A DNA stretch of 63,996 nt, filler included, from Folioceros fuciformis (GCA_049999805.1; 13 parts of 13 records of this genome joined end to end with filler, not necessarily neighbours in it), one strand, 5' to 3'; shown: positions 34,932 to 49,001, numbered from the whole stretch's first letter. Notes: a model not told the origin generated them from the letters alone. Numbers and translations are program-made.

Positions 34932-35954
34932 GGTTTTGCGTGAACGGTTGGTTCACGAGAAAGGGCATTTTTAAAATTAGGGCTTTTGGCACTTACCTGT
35001 TCATGCTGTCGTTTTACAAGCGGCATGTTCGTTTGTTAGATGACTAAGCAGAACCTTTTTCTCACCTCTTTGGAGAACTAATTGCTGCTGCCCAAACCTT
35101 AAATACAGGTCAATCAAATATGTCTACTTTCCCTTTTCCTCCTCCGCTCCCTTCCCCACCTCATGGTTCATATAACCCTGTTTTCACATCTGAATTGAAA
35201 GAAAAAGACAGGTTTAATGGTCAGAAGTATGAGGTGTGGAGAGTGCGGATGAAGTCGACGTTGTTGGCTAGAGGAGTTTGGGGCATTGTAGATGGCTCTA
35301 TTCCTGAACCAGCTCCCATTGCCTTCCATGGAGATAAGGATAAGTGGGCTCATGCTAACAGCATAGGCATAGCTCTTCTTGTTTCTGGCCTGACAGAGGA
35401 TCTCATTCCTCCTATCGAGTTTCTAACTAAGGCTAGTGAAATCTGGTCACAATTAGAGAGCCAGTACAAGGTCAGTAATGTCCTCACACTCTGTGCATTA
35501 CGCACGGAATTTTACGGAGTGAAAATGCGAGAAGGAGATGAGGTTCTTGCCCACACCAGCAAACTTAGACACCTTCGAGCCCAACTTACCTCTCTTGGCA
35601 CTGTGATGGATGAGGTGGACGTGATTGCTCAGCTACTCACCAACCTGCCACCCAGTTACCAGAGTTTTGTATTTGCGCATAATGTCCACATCCGACAGGC
35701 TAGGGCTGCCGATGCTGCTGGGAGACAAGTTACTATCACCTTAGATGAGGTGATAGGTGCCCTCTTCCAAGAAGAGCAGAGTATGCTCATGTCAGGGACT
35801 GGGAAACCCAAAGCTGACAGAGTCCTCATAGCTTTCCATGGCAGAGGGGCATAGAAAGACAAGATGCGGATGCAGTCTTCAAACCAGGGCAATAGAAATG
35901 AAGGTCAGCGCTATGACGCAGGACCCTCTACAAAACGCACTGGCAATTGCAACT

Positions 35955-36246
35955 TGTAGGGTTATTAAAGCCCAATGTGCCTAGACTAATGTGTTTAGTC
36001 TAAAATTAGTGTCTAGTTAAGTACCATTAGTCTAGATTAGCTTAAGCTAATCTATAGGAAGCTTCTTGCGCAGCTTCCTATGCGCTTCTTGTGAAGCTTC
36101 CTAGGGAGCTCTTCTAGAGGGTATAAATACCCTCTTGAGCTCCCTTTCTATGGTGACTCTATTGTGAGAGTGTGACCTCTCTTTCTCCTCCTCCTTGCCT
36201 CCTCCTCTCCTCTCCTTCACTATGTAGCTCCTAGAGCGTTCCTTCA
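35955..36246 (+). mobile_element. Solo LTR inserted in the copia E zinc-knuckle codons
   Basis: TG..CA ends, TSD CAACT/CATCT. Removing it restores CNWCGKPEHWANEC. Confidence 0.92.
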
Positions 36247-39200
36247 CATCTGGTGCGGCAAACCTGAACATTGGGCTAACGAATGCAGGAAAAAGAAAGC
36301 TGGGGAGCCACGCAAGCCTTCTCGATGTTCTGCCAGCGCCATTTTCCGAGACAAGCCTGTAGATTCAAACAAGCTAGTGGTCAAAATCCTAACAGTCTGT
36401 TTGTCAACTTTAACAAGTGATGGAGCAGCCTGGTACCTGGATTCTGGGGCCACAGCCCACATATGTAGGGACGAGTCCCTCTTTACCTCCCTAAATCCCT
36501 CTTCTAGCATAGATGGAGTGTACTTAGGAGATGAACGTAATACCCACTAGCCTACAGATATTAGGACACGGTTCCTGTGCATTCAGGCTGAGTGATGGGT
36601 CTATCTTAACCTTGATAGAGGTTTTATATGTGCCTACCATGGCCAAAAACCTGCTTTCACTAAGTAGACTGCTTAAGCTCATGAGCTTCCAGCTAACAGC
36701 TCAAGAAGGCTCCTGTTGCTTTTCTAGAAAGGACTCACCCTCTGTATGTGTATTCAAGGCCCTACCTGAGCATGACCTATACCGGCTTGACTTTACCTGC
36801 CTTGTTGGAGGAAAGCAACAAGCTAATTCTACAAGTGCAGGAAACCTTCCAGCCAAACAGCAGTCCATACTCTGGCATGCACGGCTTGGCCATTTGAATT
36901 GCAAAGCTTTAGCCTCCCTCAGTAATAGTGAATGCTATCGTGAGCCACTTCCTATTCACCTAAAGCAACCTTTTCCAACAGGTTCAGCTCTTAGATCCTC
37001 CCAACCCCTGGACTTGGTGCATGCTGATATCTCTGGCCGCCTCCAAGTTTCTTCACTTGGAGGGGCAAATTACTACTTCACCATAATAGACGATTATACA
37101 AGGTATACATGGACTTTTCTCATGAAGAGGAAAAATGAGACTTACCCCCTTTTCCACGACTGGCTGATCACGGTACAGCGCCAAACGGGCTATCTCCTTA
37201 AGATCTTCAGATCTGACAATGGTACAGAATTTGTGAATGAGTTTTTTTGAAAACCTCTTCACCACATAAGGGATTATCCACCAGTTAATTGTGCCCTACA
37301 CACAACAACAAAATGGCATTGCTAAAAGGAAAAACCAGACCTTAATGAGTATAACCCGAGCCATGCTGTTGTGGTCGGGCCTCCCATCTCCTTACTGGGT
37401 AGAAGTAGTGGTGACCTCCACTTACATATTGAACAGGTTACCCACCAGCTCTCTTGCCCCTAATACAACGCTGTTTGAGCTGTTCTAGAAACGCAAGCCG
37501 AGCCTTTTTCATCTTCGGATATTTGGCTCCCATGCCTATGCTTACATACCTGCCGAGAAACGACGGAAGTTAAACAATCACTCAAAGCGCCTCATCTTTG
37601 TGGGCTATAGCGAAACAGTAAAGGCATACAAGCTGATTGACCCCATATCCAAACAACCTGTCCTTGCGAGAAGTGTCACGTTCTTGGAACCCTTACAGTC
37701 TGCTCCGTCACGAGATGAACCCTATGATCCCTTTGAGCATCCTGATACTTCTAAAGACACATACCTCGAGGACACCGGAGGTCTTTTATCTTCGTATCCC
37801 TTGGACGTTGATGGCAACGCCTTTGACCTACTTGCCGGTCAACCAGGACTAGCTCCTGTTATTCCAGGACCAGCCCCTGTCAATCCAGGCCTTGCTGCCG
37901 GCAACAATATTGCCAACTTGCCAGATCCCTTGGCACCTGCAGCAGACCTGAACGATTTAGATTATGACCAAGTTAACCAGGATGCTGAAAATCTTGACAA
38001 TGACTGGCTTTTTTGGACAATCCGGCTGCACAGGTGTTGGATGACATACCTTTTGAGGATGATGTGCCACCTCAGCCCGACACAGTTCTGGATGATCTTG
38101 AAGATGCAGGCCCACGTCATTCCTCACGCCATCAACCCCCCCCTTTCGAGTGGGAGGAACCGCCCTATACCAGCATAGACTTCAAATGTTATGCTGCCTC
38201 TGCAGTTTCTTCACCTCCAGATGTGCCTCCCGAACCCACTTCCCTCACTGAAGCACTTACCGGACCCGATAAGGCGAAGTGGTAGTTGGCTGTTGACGAC
38301 GAATATAATAGTTGCATCAAGAATGGTACTTGGCGCTTGGTTCCCAGGCCTGCACACAGGAAAGCTATAACTTGTAAGTGGGTGTTTAAACACAAACTTA
38401 ATGCCCAAGGCCTCATAGCCCATTACAAAGCCAGATTATGTGCAAGAGGATTTACCCAGGTTGCGGGATTGGATTACCATGAAACGTTCTCTCCAGTTGT
38501 ACGTGCTCAATCCATCTGGATTATTCTTGCCCTTGCTGCGGAATATGACCTGGAATTGCAGCAGATGGATGTCTGCACGGCTTTTCTCCATGGTATTCTT
38601 GAGGAGGAATTATACATGCAGCAGCCGGAAGGCTATGTTGACCGTGAACACCCTGATCATGTCTGCTTGTTAATCAAATGCCTGTACGAACTCAAACAAA
38701 GTGCTGAACGCTGGTACAAAAGATGTGATACTGCCTTGAAGTCTCTGGGTTTCAGTGAACACAGTGCAAAGCTGACTCGAATGTTTATGTGTTTCGAGAT
38801 GGATCTTCCTATGTTCTCCTTGCACTCTACGTCGATGATGTGATACTTGCAGCCAGTAACCCTGTCATCTTGTCACATGTAAAGACACTATTAAGGAACA
38901 CCTTTGAGATGACTGACAGTGGTGACCTGTTATTCTGTTTAGGAATCCAAGTCTTGAGGGTTCGATCAAAGGGATTGCTTATCATACATCAACACAAGTA
39001 TATAGCAGAAATTCTACATCGATTTAACATGGGACAGGCCCATCCCGCCACTACTCCAGGTGCTGCAGGCACGAAACTTACCAGATACGAGTCTTCTGTG
39101 ACAGATGCCGATAAGCAGGACATGCTCGATGTGCCTTATCGTCAGGCTGTTGGCAGCTTGATCTTCGTCAGCAACTGGACGAGACCAGATGTTCAGCACT

Positions 39201-40740
39201 CAGTTAGTACTATCTCACAATTCCTCGACAATCCGGGACGTGCCAATTGGACAGTTGTGAAAAGAATTTTTCGCTATCTTAAAGGCACACACTACTTTGG
39301 TTTATGCTATAAGCGCACTGGACAGTCTCACCTTGTGCTTGAGGGGTACACGGATGCAGACTGGGCCTCGGATAGTGACTCTTGCAAGGGTCTCTCCACA
39401 TATGTTTTTCTTCTAGCACAAGCCACCATCAATTGGAGCTGTAAAAAGCAGACGAGTATTGCTCTGTCAAGTACAGAAGCGGAGTATAAATCATTGACGG
39501 ATGCTACGAAAGAAGTGGAATGGGAGCGGTCCTTCCTCCATGACCTTGGGCAGACACAAACAGGTCCTACTCACCTATACTGCGATAATCAATCCGCCAT
39601 TGCTCTTGTTGCCAATCCCCGCTTCCACGCTCGGGCGAAACACATTGAAGTTCACCACCACTATGTCAGAGATGTTGCTGAGAGGGGCCTAGTTAAACTC
39701 CTCTATGTGCCTACTGAGGATAATACAGCAGACATCTTGACCAAGGCTCTATCTAAAGACAAGCATCAAAAACATATGCAGATCCTAGGGTTGATGAACT
39801 ACCAACCCTATTTTAGACCCAAAACATGACATGCTGCAGGATAGATCAGGGGACTTACGAGTGAGGCTCACGTCCTCAGTTTTTGCAGATGTTAGTAGGC
39901 CACCCCCTTTTCCTTAGTCTTCAGCACCTGCGTTCTACGACAGAGAGGATTAGCTTCACAACGTGCTATGCCGTCACCCAGGTGGATGAAGCTCCACGAC
40001 ATTTTAATCACCTGGATGCTGCTGGCAATCTTTTTCTTCCTCCTACAGTATCTTAAGCAGCCCCAACAGTCGCTGGGCCTCCTGAAGTGACCTTAGCAGA
40101 CTGGCCTCATCTCCAGTATCTTCAGATGCTTCGCTGCCTCCTTTCGTAGGTTTCGCCCAGCACAGCGTCACATTAAACAGCACCTTCCAGCCACCGATTT
40201 TTAGGCTAGTCCCGATCAGGTGGGATTCCTCCCACTCTTCCTCGGACCCCCTTGCAGACTGTTCCCTTTGCGCCCTGCGCTTGGCCCTCTTTGCTGGCAT
40301 CGTGCACTCAAGAATCACTCTTGCTGCTGGGGCTCCTGCGAAGACGATCACAAGGAGCTCTGTATATGCTGTCGCGAGATTTGTAGTAGGCTCCATCTGC
40401 CCCAGCTCACATCCTTGAAGTGATGAGTGCTATTGGTTATTTCTTACATGTCTGCCTCCGCCTTGTGACCGTCCTACACCGCCTTCACATGCCCCATGCT
40501 CAATCCCACCTTTACGCCTCCTAAGCTCGTCTCGCTTAAGGGAGGGTGTTGAGGGGTAACCTCACTCGCTTAGGTTTACCCCTAGGTTAGTTATATTTGG
40601 GTTACTTAGTGAAGGGGTGCGTAGCCTAGTGGATAGGCTTATATTCACTTGGACAACACTTTTGTATTCATTCTCTCTTATGCATAATTTATGTTTGGTT
40701 TCATGCTCTCTTCTCCTACTCTACCATTTCCGACAGGGGT

Positions 40741-41295
40741 TTTAATCAAATTGAGATTGAGGAGGAAGATAAGAGGAAAACAACTTTTTGGGGCAATAGA
40801 TGTTTGTGGGATTGGGTGGTCATTTCGTTTGGGTTAAAGAATGCTCCTAGTGCTTTTTAGAGAGCAATGGACTAGGCGTTGAGAGGGTTTGTCGTTTGCT
40901 ACATGTTATATAGATGACGTGATAATTTTCAGCAACAGTGTGGAGGAACATAAGGAGCATGTTAGGTTGGTATTGGATAGATTGAGGGAGGTGGGTTTGA
41001 CATGTCATCCACATAAGTGCAAGTTTGGATCTTCCAAGATAGCATATTTGAGGCATTTTATAGTGCTTAAGGGCATGGCACCGTGTGATGTCAAGGATGA
41101 GGCAATAGCAAACATGATGCCACCTTCAGATGTGGGGACTTTGTGCTCCTATTTAGGGTTGGTGAATTATTATCGCAATTTCGTGGCAAGCCATAGTGTG
41201 GTGGTGAAGCCTATGACAATGTTGTTGAAAAAGGATGCAGTGTGGGTTTGGGGAGAAGATCAACAAAGAGCGTTTAAGGAGATAAAAAACATTCT
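40741..41295 (+). mobile_element. Ty3/gypsy reverse transcriptase (continuation of 32795-33867)
   Basis: FGLKNAPSAF..CYIDDVIIFS..KCKFG..YLGLVNYYRNFV..VWGEDQQRAF. Confidence 0.9.
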
Positions 41296-42234
41296 NNNNN
41301 NNNNNNNNNNNNNNNNNNNNNNNNNNNNNNNNNNNNNNNTTAATTAATTAANNNNNNNNNNNNNNNNNNNNNNNNNNNNNNNNNNNNNNNNNNNNCCAAG
41401 AGAGGTGCAGCTGACCACCGGACAGCGAGGCCTGTCCTACGCTTGATCGGAGCTGGAGGGGAGCCCTCGAATCCATCATCGAGTTGATTAAGTCCGACCC
41501 TCCATCCACAGCAGCAAGGAACCCCATCGCTCCTTCGTGGGAACGAAACCCAATGTCTCAACGACAGTGGGATAAGTGTGGCCACTAAAGGTGGAACCCG
41601 TTGGCAATCAGTGCCCGGGGTTTTGCCTCCACAACACAACAAGGAGGCTAGTAGCCTAGCCTATCTTCAGATACACGCACACAACTCACACTCCAGATCT
41701 CTAGTCCTTCAGCTTCTCATGCTTCCCACTTTAGTCCTTCCTTCCTCACTTCAGTACTTCACCCTTCACTTCAGCACACACTATTGCACCTCAGCAGCTC
41801 ATTCTTCAGTTCTATGCACTTCACTCCAACTCTTCCTCTCTTTGCTTCAGCGATCCCCTGGAAATTGGGTCACAATGACTTCACTCCTTGCAGCCTTCAA
41901 GTATAGTGTGGATACTAGGACTGGATAACCCTCCTGGCTCACGGCCTTGTCCCTTCACTTCAGCCAGCCTGCGAATCATTCAGCCCTTGCGGATCCGGCC
42001 ACATGGATCTTGGCAGTCTTGGGATCCTCCACGTTCTCCTAGAGGCAAGGGAAATCAGGACCCTAGTTCAGTCTAAACCGGCTCAGCGCCTTAAGCCAAG
42101 AGTTCTGCACACAAGGTCCAAGGAAATCGCACCATAGACAGCCCCTCTCCCAATGGCAGATCCCCCCCTTATACTGCCTAGCCCTTATCTCTGTCTACTA
42201 CGGTTAACCTGAGTCAACTACCTAACCATCTCTC

Positions 42235-42400
42235 TCTGACCTAAACCATCCTACATTCGGTTCTGACCTAAACCTAACCTAAGTATGACCTAACCTAACC
42301 TAGGTCTAACCTAAACCTAACCTAGGTCTGACCTAACCCTAATCTAGGCTTGACCTAGACCTAACCTAGGTCTGACCTAAACCTAACCTAGGTCTGACCT
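42235..42400. repeat. Degenerate minisatellite (AACCTAACCTAGGTCTGACCT)n running into a gap
   Basis: Units of about 20-22 bp built on CCTAA. Confidence 0.85.
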
Positions 42401-43624
42401 NNNNNNNNNNNNNNNNNNNNNNNNNNNNNNNNNNNNNNNNNNNNTTAATTAATTAANNNNNNNNNNNNNNNNNNNNNNNNNNNNNNNNNNNNNNNNNNNN
42501 CCAGGCGTGCTGCTTGCGGATGGCAAGCCGAATGCCACTTATGTCCTTTGGTTGGGGTGGTATCCCCCAGCTTCGTCTGCACTCATTCTCCTGGCAGCCC
42601 ATTTGGCGATTTTGAGTGTATCAAAGTGACAACACTCTTGCCTGGAACCATCGTCTGGTAGTAGATGAGGCACACCCTCTCTGCGAGGGCACCTGGGACT
42701 CCACACCGGCAGCTCAGCCAGACACTTTCACCGCCGCTCATTCTCTAGACCTAGAAAGTACCCCTGCACTGCACGTTGCCCAGAGCCGTGGTTGAAGACG
42801 CTGCTCTCCGATGCATACGATTCCCCCCTCTGATTGCACACGTCGCTACCATGGCCCGTATTCTTCCCTAGGCACCAGCCCCCGCTTCGCACTGCCCAAT
42901 TCAGCACCCCTCCACAATGTCATTGGAGCCTGCCTTCGGACCTGGCCGTCCCCGAGCGCCTATGCCTACCTGGATGCCACCGGCAACCACCCCTACTAGA
43001 TGATCAACGCAGCTCCTTGCCTGCTCGGCCGACCTCCTGCCTTCTGGATCCGTCAGCCTCCAGCCTGCTCGCCAGGTCGACCAGCGCTTGGGTCAGCCAG
43101 CCCAATCTCCAGTGATCATCGCCTTGTAAACAGACTCCCCTGTTAACCAGCTGTGCCGTCCTAGCTGGCTAAACTCGGCGCCGCCCATCCTCCATCTACA
43201 TCTAGCCAACCAGCCCCAGGCGCTCTGCCCCCATATCAGCTAGCCATCCTGCTACGTCCTGATATGCCTCTGTAGCTGGCTAGCGGCCGCCTGGCCTGAA
43301 CCTCACTTGCCCGCCAGCACTACAAGCACGGCCTGGATCAACCCGAGGCTTGCCTGGCTTGGATCCAACATCGCCCTTGGCTTGCCTACACTACCAGTAT
43401 GAACCCGACCAGTCCCCAGCCCCAGCCGGCTACCCGGCCTTTGAATCCGACCCTGGCCAGCCTGCTAGGTCCTTCAGCCACCGGCCCTATGTCGCGTAGC
43501 AGCCGCATAGCTGCATGCCTACCTNNNNNNNNNNNNNNNNNNNNNNNNNNNNNNNNNNNNNNNNNNNNTTAATTAATTAANNNNNNNNNNNNNNNNNNNN
43601 NNNNNNNNNNNNNNNNNNNNNNNN

Positions 43625-44935
43625 CTTGCTCATTCTGGTCCTCTATGTGGATGATATGCTAATTGCTGCGAATAATAGTGATGAGATTTCAGCGTTGAAG
43701 TCAAAGTTGAATGGTTGCTTTGACATGACAGACTTGGGAGAGGCAAGCCATATTCTTAGCATGCTTATGCGTCGAGACAGACAGAAGCATTTGCTTTACT
43801 TGTCTCAGACTGAATACATTAACAAGGTGCTTCAACGTTTCAATATGGAGAAGGGGAAGGTATTGAGTACTCCGTTGCCTCCATATGTGAAACTTTCGAG
43901 CAAAGATTGCCCAAGCTCTACAGAGGACAAAGCTGAAATGGAGAAGGTTCCATACTCATCAGCTGTGGGGAGTTTGATGTATGCAATGATTACGACGCGT
44001 CCTGACATTGCATTTGCAGTGGGAGTGGTTAGCAGGTTTATGTCAAACCCTAGCACGAAGCATTGCGAGGCAGTGAAAGGAGTTATGAGGTACTTGAATG
44101 GTACAAAAGCTTTGTGCATATGTTTTGGTGGTGAAGATGCATCTGTCATGGGATATACGGATGCTGATTATGCAGGGGATATGGACAAAAGGAGGTCCAC
44201 ATCAGGTTATGTCTTCATGTGCCTGGAGGGGCAGCCTCATGGCGATCGCATTTGCAATCGTGCATAACGCTGTCTACCTCAGAGGCTAAGTATGTTGCAG
44301 CGACTGAGGCATGCAAGAAAGCCATGTGGCTTGCTCGTCTAGTGGGAGATTTGGGAATCAAGGCTAAGCTACCAGTGTTGCATTGTGATAGCCAGAGTGC
44401 TATCCAATTGGCGAAGAATCCAGTGTTTCATGCGAAGACCAAACATGTGGAAGTGAAGTATCACTTCATTCGAGAGGTGTTGGAAGACAAGAGGGTGCAA
44501 CTTGTCAAAGTTCACACCAGTCAGACCCCTGCAGATGTTCTTACCAAGGGGCTCTCTTCGGAGCAATTTGAACAAGCTCGGACACTCATGAGCATGAGGT
44601 AGACCACTCTCTTATAAAGGTAAATTGGCCTTTAAGTGGGAGGTTGTAGGGTTATTAAAGCCCAATGTGCTTAGACTAATGTGTTTAGTCTAAGATTAGT
44701 GTCTCGTTAAGTATCATTAGTTTAGATTAGCTTAAGCTAATCTGTAGGAAGCTTCTTGCGCAGCTTCCTGTGTGCTTCTTGTGAAGCTTCCTAGGGAGCT
44801 CTTCTAGAGGGTATAAATACCCCCTTGAGCTCCCTTGCATATTGAGACCTTTTGTGAGAGTATGACCTATCTTTCTCCTCTCCTCCTTGCCTCCTCCTCT
44901 CCTCTCCTTCACCATGTTCCTCTAGCGATCCTTCA
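43625..44935 (+). mobile_element. Ty1/copia 3' end (copia F): RT-RNase H, PPT and 3' LTR 44645-44935
   Basis: LYVDDML, YSSAVGSLMY, DADYAGD and KTKHVEVKYHF; PPT AAGTGGGAGG. The LTR is the same family as the two solo LTRs. Confidence 0.95.
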
Positions 44936-45364
44936 CTCTAGTTGTTCTTCCAACTCGGCACATGTGGCGTCCATGTTTAACATATGCCAAAGCAGCTGCT
45001 GGTCTACCACAGTCAAGCGCTTCCTTTTTCCAAAAGCGTTGGTTTTGTCGCTATGTAACTTCTTTGCTGTCCTCTTCTATTCGTTGCTATGTCCTTGAGG
45101 CCTACCTGGATAATCGTGTGCAGCGTATGCGCATCATTGGGAGGATGAGCGGAGCACTACAATGCCGATGGTGACTGCATAGAGTAGGAGCAGAATGGTA
45201 GCTGTCCTAGGCATAGTGTCTGTAGCCGCTATTACACCCGGGGTACCGAATCATCGGTGTGTTAGGGTTTGCTTTCGGGTAAGGTTTTAATAGTGTTTCT
45301 TCTATTTAACCCTAGCAGGTTACTTATTCAACAGAGTATAACTCACTTATCAAGAAAAAGACTT

Positions 45365-46582
45365 GGGAGATCACTCCTCTTCCTTCCTCAAGGAAGGAAG
45401 TGGATAGAATCGAAATGGGTGTTCAAGATCAAGCACAATGCCGATGGAAGCATAGAGCATCACAAAGCAAGGATGCTGTGGAAGGGATATACACAAGTGC
45501 TAAGTGTTGATTACATGGACACTAGCTTCCTTGTTGCCAAGACAACATCCATTCGTGTACTCTTAGCTGTCGCTACTATTGTGGATCTGGAGATACATGA
45601 CACGGATGTCCAAAAGGCGTTTCTCAATGGACATTTGGAAGAAGAAATCTACATGAACTAACAAGGAGGGTATGAAGAGAATGAGGTAGGTAAATTGCAA
45701 AAATGCAATCTATGGCCTTAAGTAATTAACACTTACTTGGTGTTTGAAGATTGATAGGTTCTTCTTGGCTAGAGGTTTTGAGGAAACCAATGGAGATTGG
45801 AACATCTACTTGAAGAGAGAAGGAGAGTTTGTGATGATTATTGCTATCTATGTTGATGATCTCATTTTAATTTGCAATGATTTACAACTCTTGAGGAGAA
45901 TAAAGAAGAGTCTTAATGATAGTTTTGGCATGCGAGATCTAAAAGAACTTCATTACTTTATAGGGATAAAGATAATGAGGGATAGGGCTAACATAATGAC
46001 CTCTTTGAATCAAAGGGCATACACGAATAATGTCCTTAAGCACTTTGGAATGCAAGAGTGCAAGCTAGCGAAGACACCAATGCTATTAAATAGGAAAGAC
46101 GTCGAAGGAGATGAGTCCTAGGATTGAGAAAAAGAAGGAGAAGGTAGATAAAACTCTCTACCAATGTGCTGTTGGCTGCGTTACATATTATCTACAAGGA
46201 CAAGTCTTGGCATTACAAAGGCTGCGGGACATGCAAGTTAATTTATAGCTAACCTTGGGCAATAACATTTTCAAGCCATGAAAAGGGCCATTACATACTA
46301 GTACAACATATATCAAATATGAGTACTTAAGTGGGAGTTTATGGGCCATGCGAGAAAGTGCCATGCAAAAGACCATGTTTAATAATAGTATGGATAAGCA
46401 TGTAGCCCAAGGAAGTGAGTAGTAGTTAGTTTAGAATCTAACTAAGTAGTGACTAAGATTATAACTAGAGCCCCAATATCAAAAGGGACGTGGCCTTAGA
46501 GCTAAGCCCATACTTGTGAGCCCTCCTTCAAGAAATGTGCCTAGCACATAGGGTTCATTGTATATCCTCTCCATAAAGGCCT
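45365..46582 (+). mobile_element. Old copia RT remnant with PPT and LTR-like end
   Basis: KWVFKIKHNADGS, DVQKAFLNG and IYVDDL; PPT AAGTGGGAG at about 46329-46337. Confidence 0.85.
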
Positions 46583-48840
46583 AGAGCTTGGTTCTTACCA
46601 CCTTCCAGCAAGGCGCGCGCTCCATTACAGACTTTCTAGTTGTGCCTGAGCAAATGCGTTGGGCAACCAGGGAGATCAGATGTATGAACATTTAATTTCA
46701 AGCCCTTTTTGTACGTGACTTGATCAGGGTGGTTGGTCTGCCTTTGGAGCTGCGGCCTCCTGTTGCTAGGCCTTCGGAAGACGGCCTTCTGCTCTCTGCC
46801 CTACATACGTGGCCCACCCCAGTGGCGCTGTAGAAGTGAAGCGTGCAACCCCTTCACGTTTCTCTCAGCCTGCGGTCATGTTGCTTGAGATAACGTCCTG
46901 CAAAAACTTCTAAACCCTGGGGCCTACGTGACCAGGGCTAGTTGACCCCAGTTGCTAAGAATGGGCGCAATCGTCCAGATCATGCTGCTCCTCTGCCTGT
47001 ACCTGCTACATGTTCCAGCTCACGGCATCCGTCCCTTGAGCAAAGAAGTTTGTCTACCCTTCCTCAAACAATCCGTTTCATATTCCATTTGGAAATTCAA
47101 GCCAAAAGCATGACTCACCTCATGCCGCCTCGGTTTTTTCTGGCTGTGCAGACTGTAGTATCAACATTGACGTCGGCACAAGTTGGGCGCACAGAGTTCT
47201 TCAGCCTGGTCTGTGAGCACAAATTGTGTGGGGTCTTCAAAAGGCTTCCAGCCGCCATGCGACATATAGTTTGTTGACACGGCTCCACTGTGCGGCGCGC
47301 AAGGGTCCCGAGCGAAATATGTATACAGCGTGGACGTACATCGCCACACAGTCGAGCCGACGACCAAATTCTGTCGGGAGCTCGTGGATAGGGTGAAGCT
47401 CCGGCCGCCACACGTTGCTTACGCATCGTAACCCTGGACTCTCATCTGAGACTATGGAAACATCTGCCAAAGGTGATGTTTCAGCAGATTTCATTTCCAA
47501 TGCAACAGCGAGCTACGTGCAGCAGATTTCAGTTTCAATGCAACAGCAAAGCAAAGCAGCGTGTTTGTAGTCTGTCCTAAAGAATTCGAGATTCCAAAAA
47601 TCCCCTTTGTGTGCCGTCAATCTATGCATCTGGTCTGGAGCACACACCTCTAAGTCGCCTCTCCAGATCTACTGGTGACATCTCTAGCACCTGTTGTTCC
47701 GAAATACATGCCTTCCCTTCCACCACGGCAGCCCTGAGGGCAGGGCCAGAAAGTCCAGTCCATCCACCAATCAACCGCCCAGTGATCACATCCTTGAAGC
47801 CCTTCCTCATCGCGGCTGCGTCAGCCAGCCGTTGACAATCGCTTAAATTGCTCCTGGCAGAAATCATGCGCCTGCCTCCGTGTTTGTTCAGATGCAGTTT
47901 TACCTACCCTCTCTCACAGCTCAACTGTTTCCTGCTCACATGCTTCAGTAGGTTCACGGCATCCAGGACGGACAACCAGGCAAACATATCTCCCTGCTGG
48001 GATCGTCGTCGCCTGAAATGATTGTTCTCCCGACTTTGGGAGATGCACAAGGGGCGCTCTTCGCACCCCACGCTCGCACCCCCCAAATTCCAGAGCGTCT
48101 TCCTCACTCTCAAAGCCCTGCTGGAATCTGTCATAAGGTGAGCCTACAAAATTGAAAATTGGTGCGGGGTTGGACGAAAGCTTGGCCAAGGTCAGGCAGA
48201 TGGACAGTACCTTGTGAGGGCTTCCGAAACAGGCCGCTGTGCGAGGAGCTTGAAAATCGCTCCCAGAATCATTCCAACAGCGGCATAGCTGTAACACATC
48301 AAAACCATGTTCACGTCCTGCGCCAGAATCCGATACACTTGAAAGCCCTAGTACTGGAAGGACAGGAAACGTCCATTGCGAACCTTGTTCTTGGACAACA
48401 CTTGCGCATGAGAGACTGGATCAAACTCGGCCTTCACTCCGGAAACTAGAACGTCCACATGTGCGAAGCTCGTTTTATCAGGATGCTGGGGGGACGGCGG
48501 GGGTCGCACGACATTCTTACGCTCTGCAGGGAAGGAACACAGCCATGTCATCCTTGACCTGTGCAACGTGTTGCAAAGACAGCGTCCTGCGTCCTGGGGA
48601 ACGTTCAGGGCATGCCCTCCCATCTTGCTTCGTGAATTGTAGCAGGGCTGTTCGGCGGACTGCTAATTGTTGCGAGTGAGTCCCTACTTACGTACCTACA
48701 TTGGAGCTCGAGCAAGCACTCAGTCCACTTGGCGAGTTCACGGCCATGCTTGTGGAGCGATCCAGAAATCCTCCCAGTGGGCCTCGTGTGGGGCAAGCGA
48801 CACAGTGAGATGGCACTCACGTCCATGGGTACTCTTGCAC

Positions 48841-49001
48841 GCACCAAATGTCATCGGATCCATTCTCAAGCTCATCAGACAGTCCATTTTCAAGCACCGA
48901 ATGTCATCGGATCCATTCTCAAGCTCATCAGGTAGTCCATTTTCAAGCACCAAATGTCATCGGATTCATTCCCAAGCTCATCAGACAGTCCATTTTCAAG
49001 C
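48841..49001. repeat. 53-bp tandem repeat, 3 copies
   Basis: Units start at 48841, 48894 and 48947. Confidence 0.95.

Larger units (their letters stand above)
33868..40735 (+). mobile_element. Full-length Ty1/copia element (copia E) inserted in a gypsy RT
   Basis: LTRs 33868-34055 and 40547-40735 (TG..CA; 4 transitions and 1 indel), perfect TSD GGGGT, PBS TGGTATCAGAGC at 34056-34067, PPT at 40538-40546. Gag-pol at 35120-39829 with several stops and frameshifts. Confidence 0.97.

Noticed and set aside
42235-42400. Interstitial telomere
   Set aside because: The units are CCTAA-rich 20-22-mers, not tandem CCCTAAA.
42501-43524. Gene in the GC-rich contig
   Set aside because: No recognisable motif in the frames I read; left unannotated.
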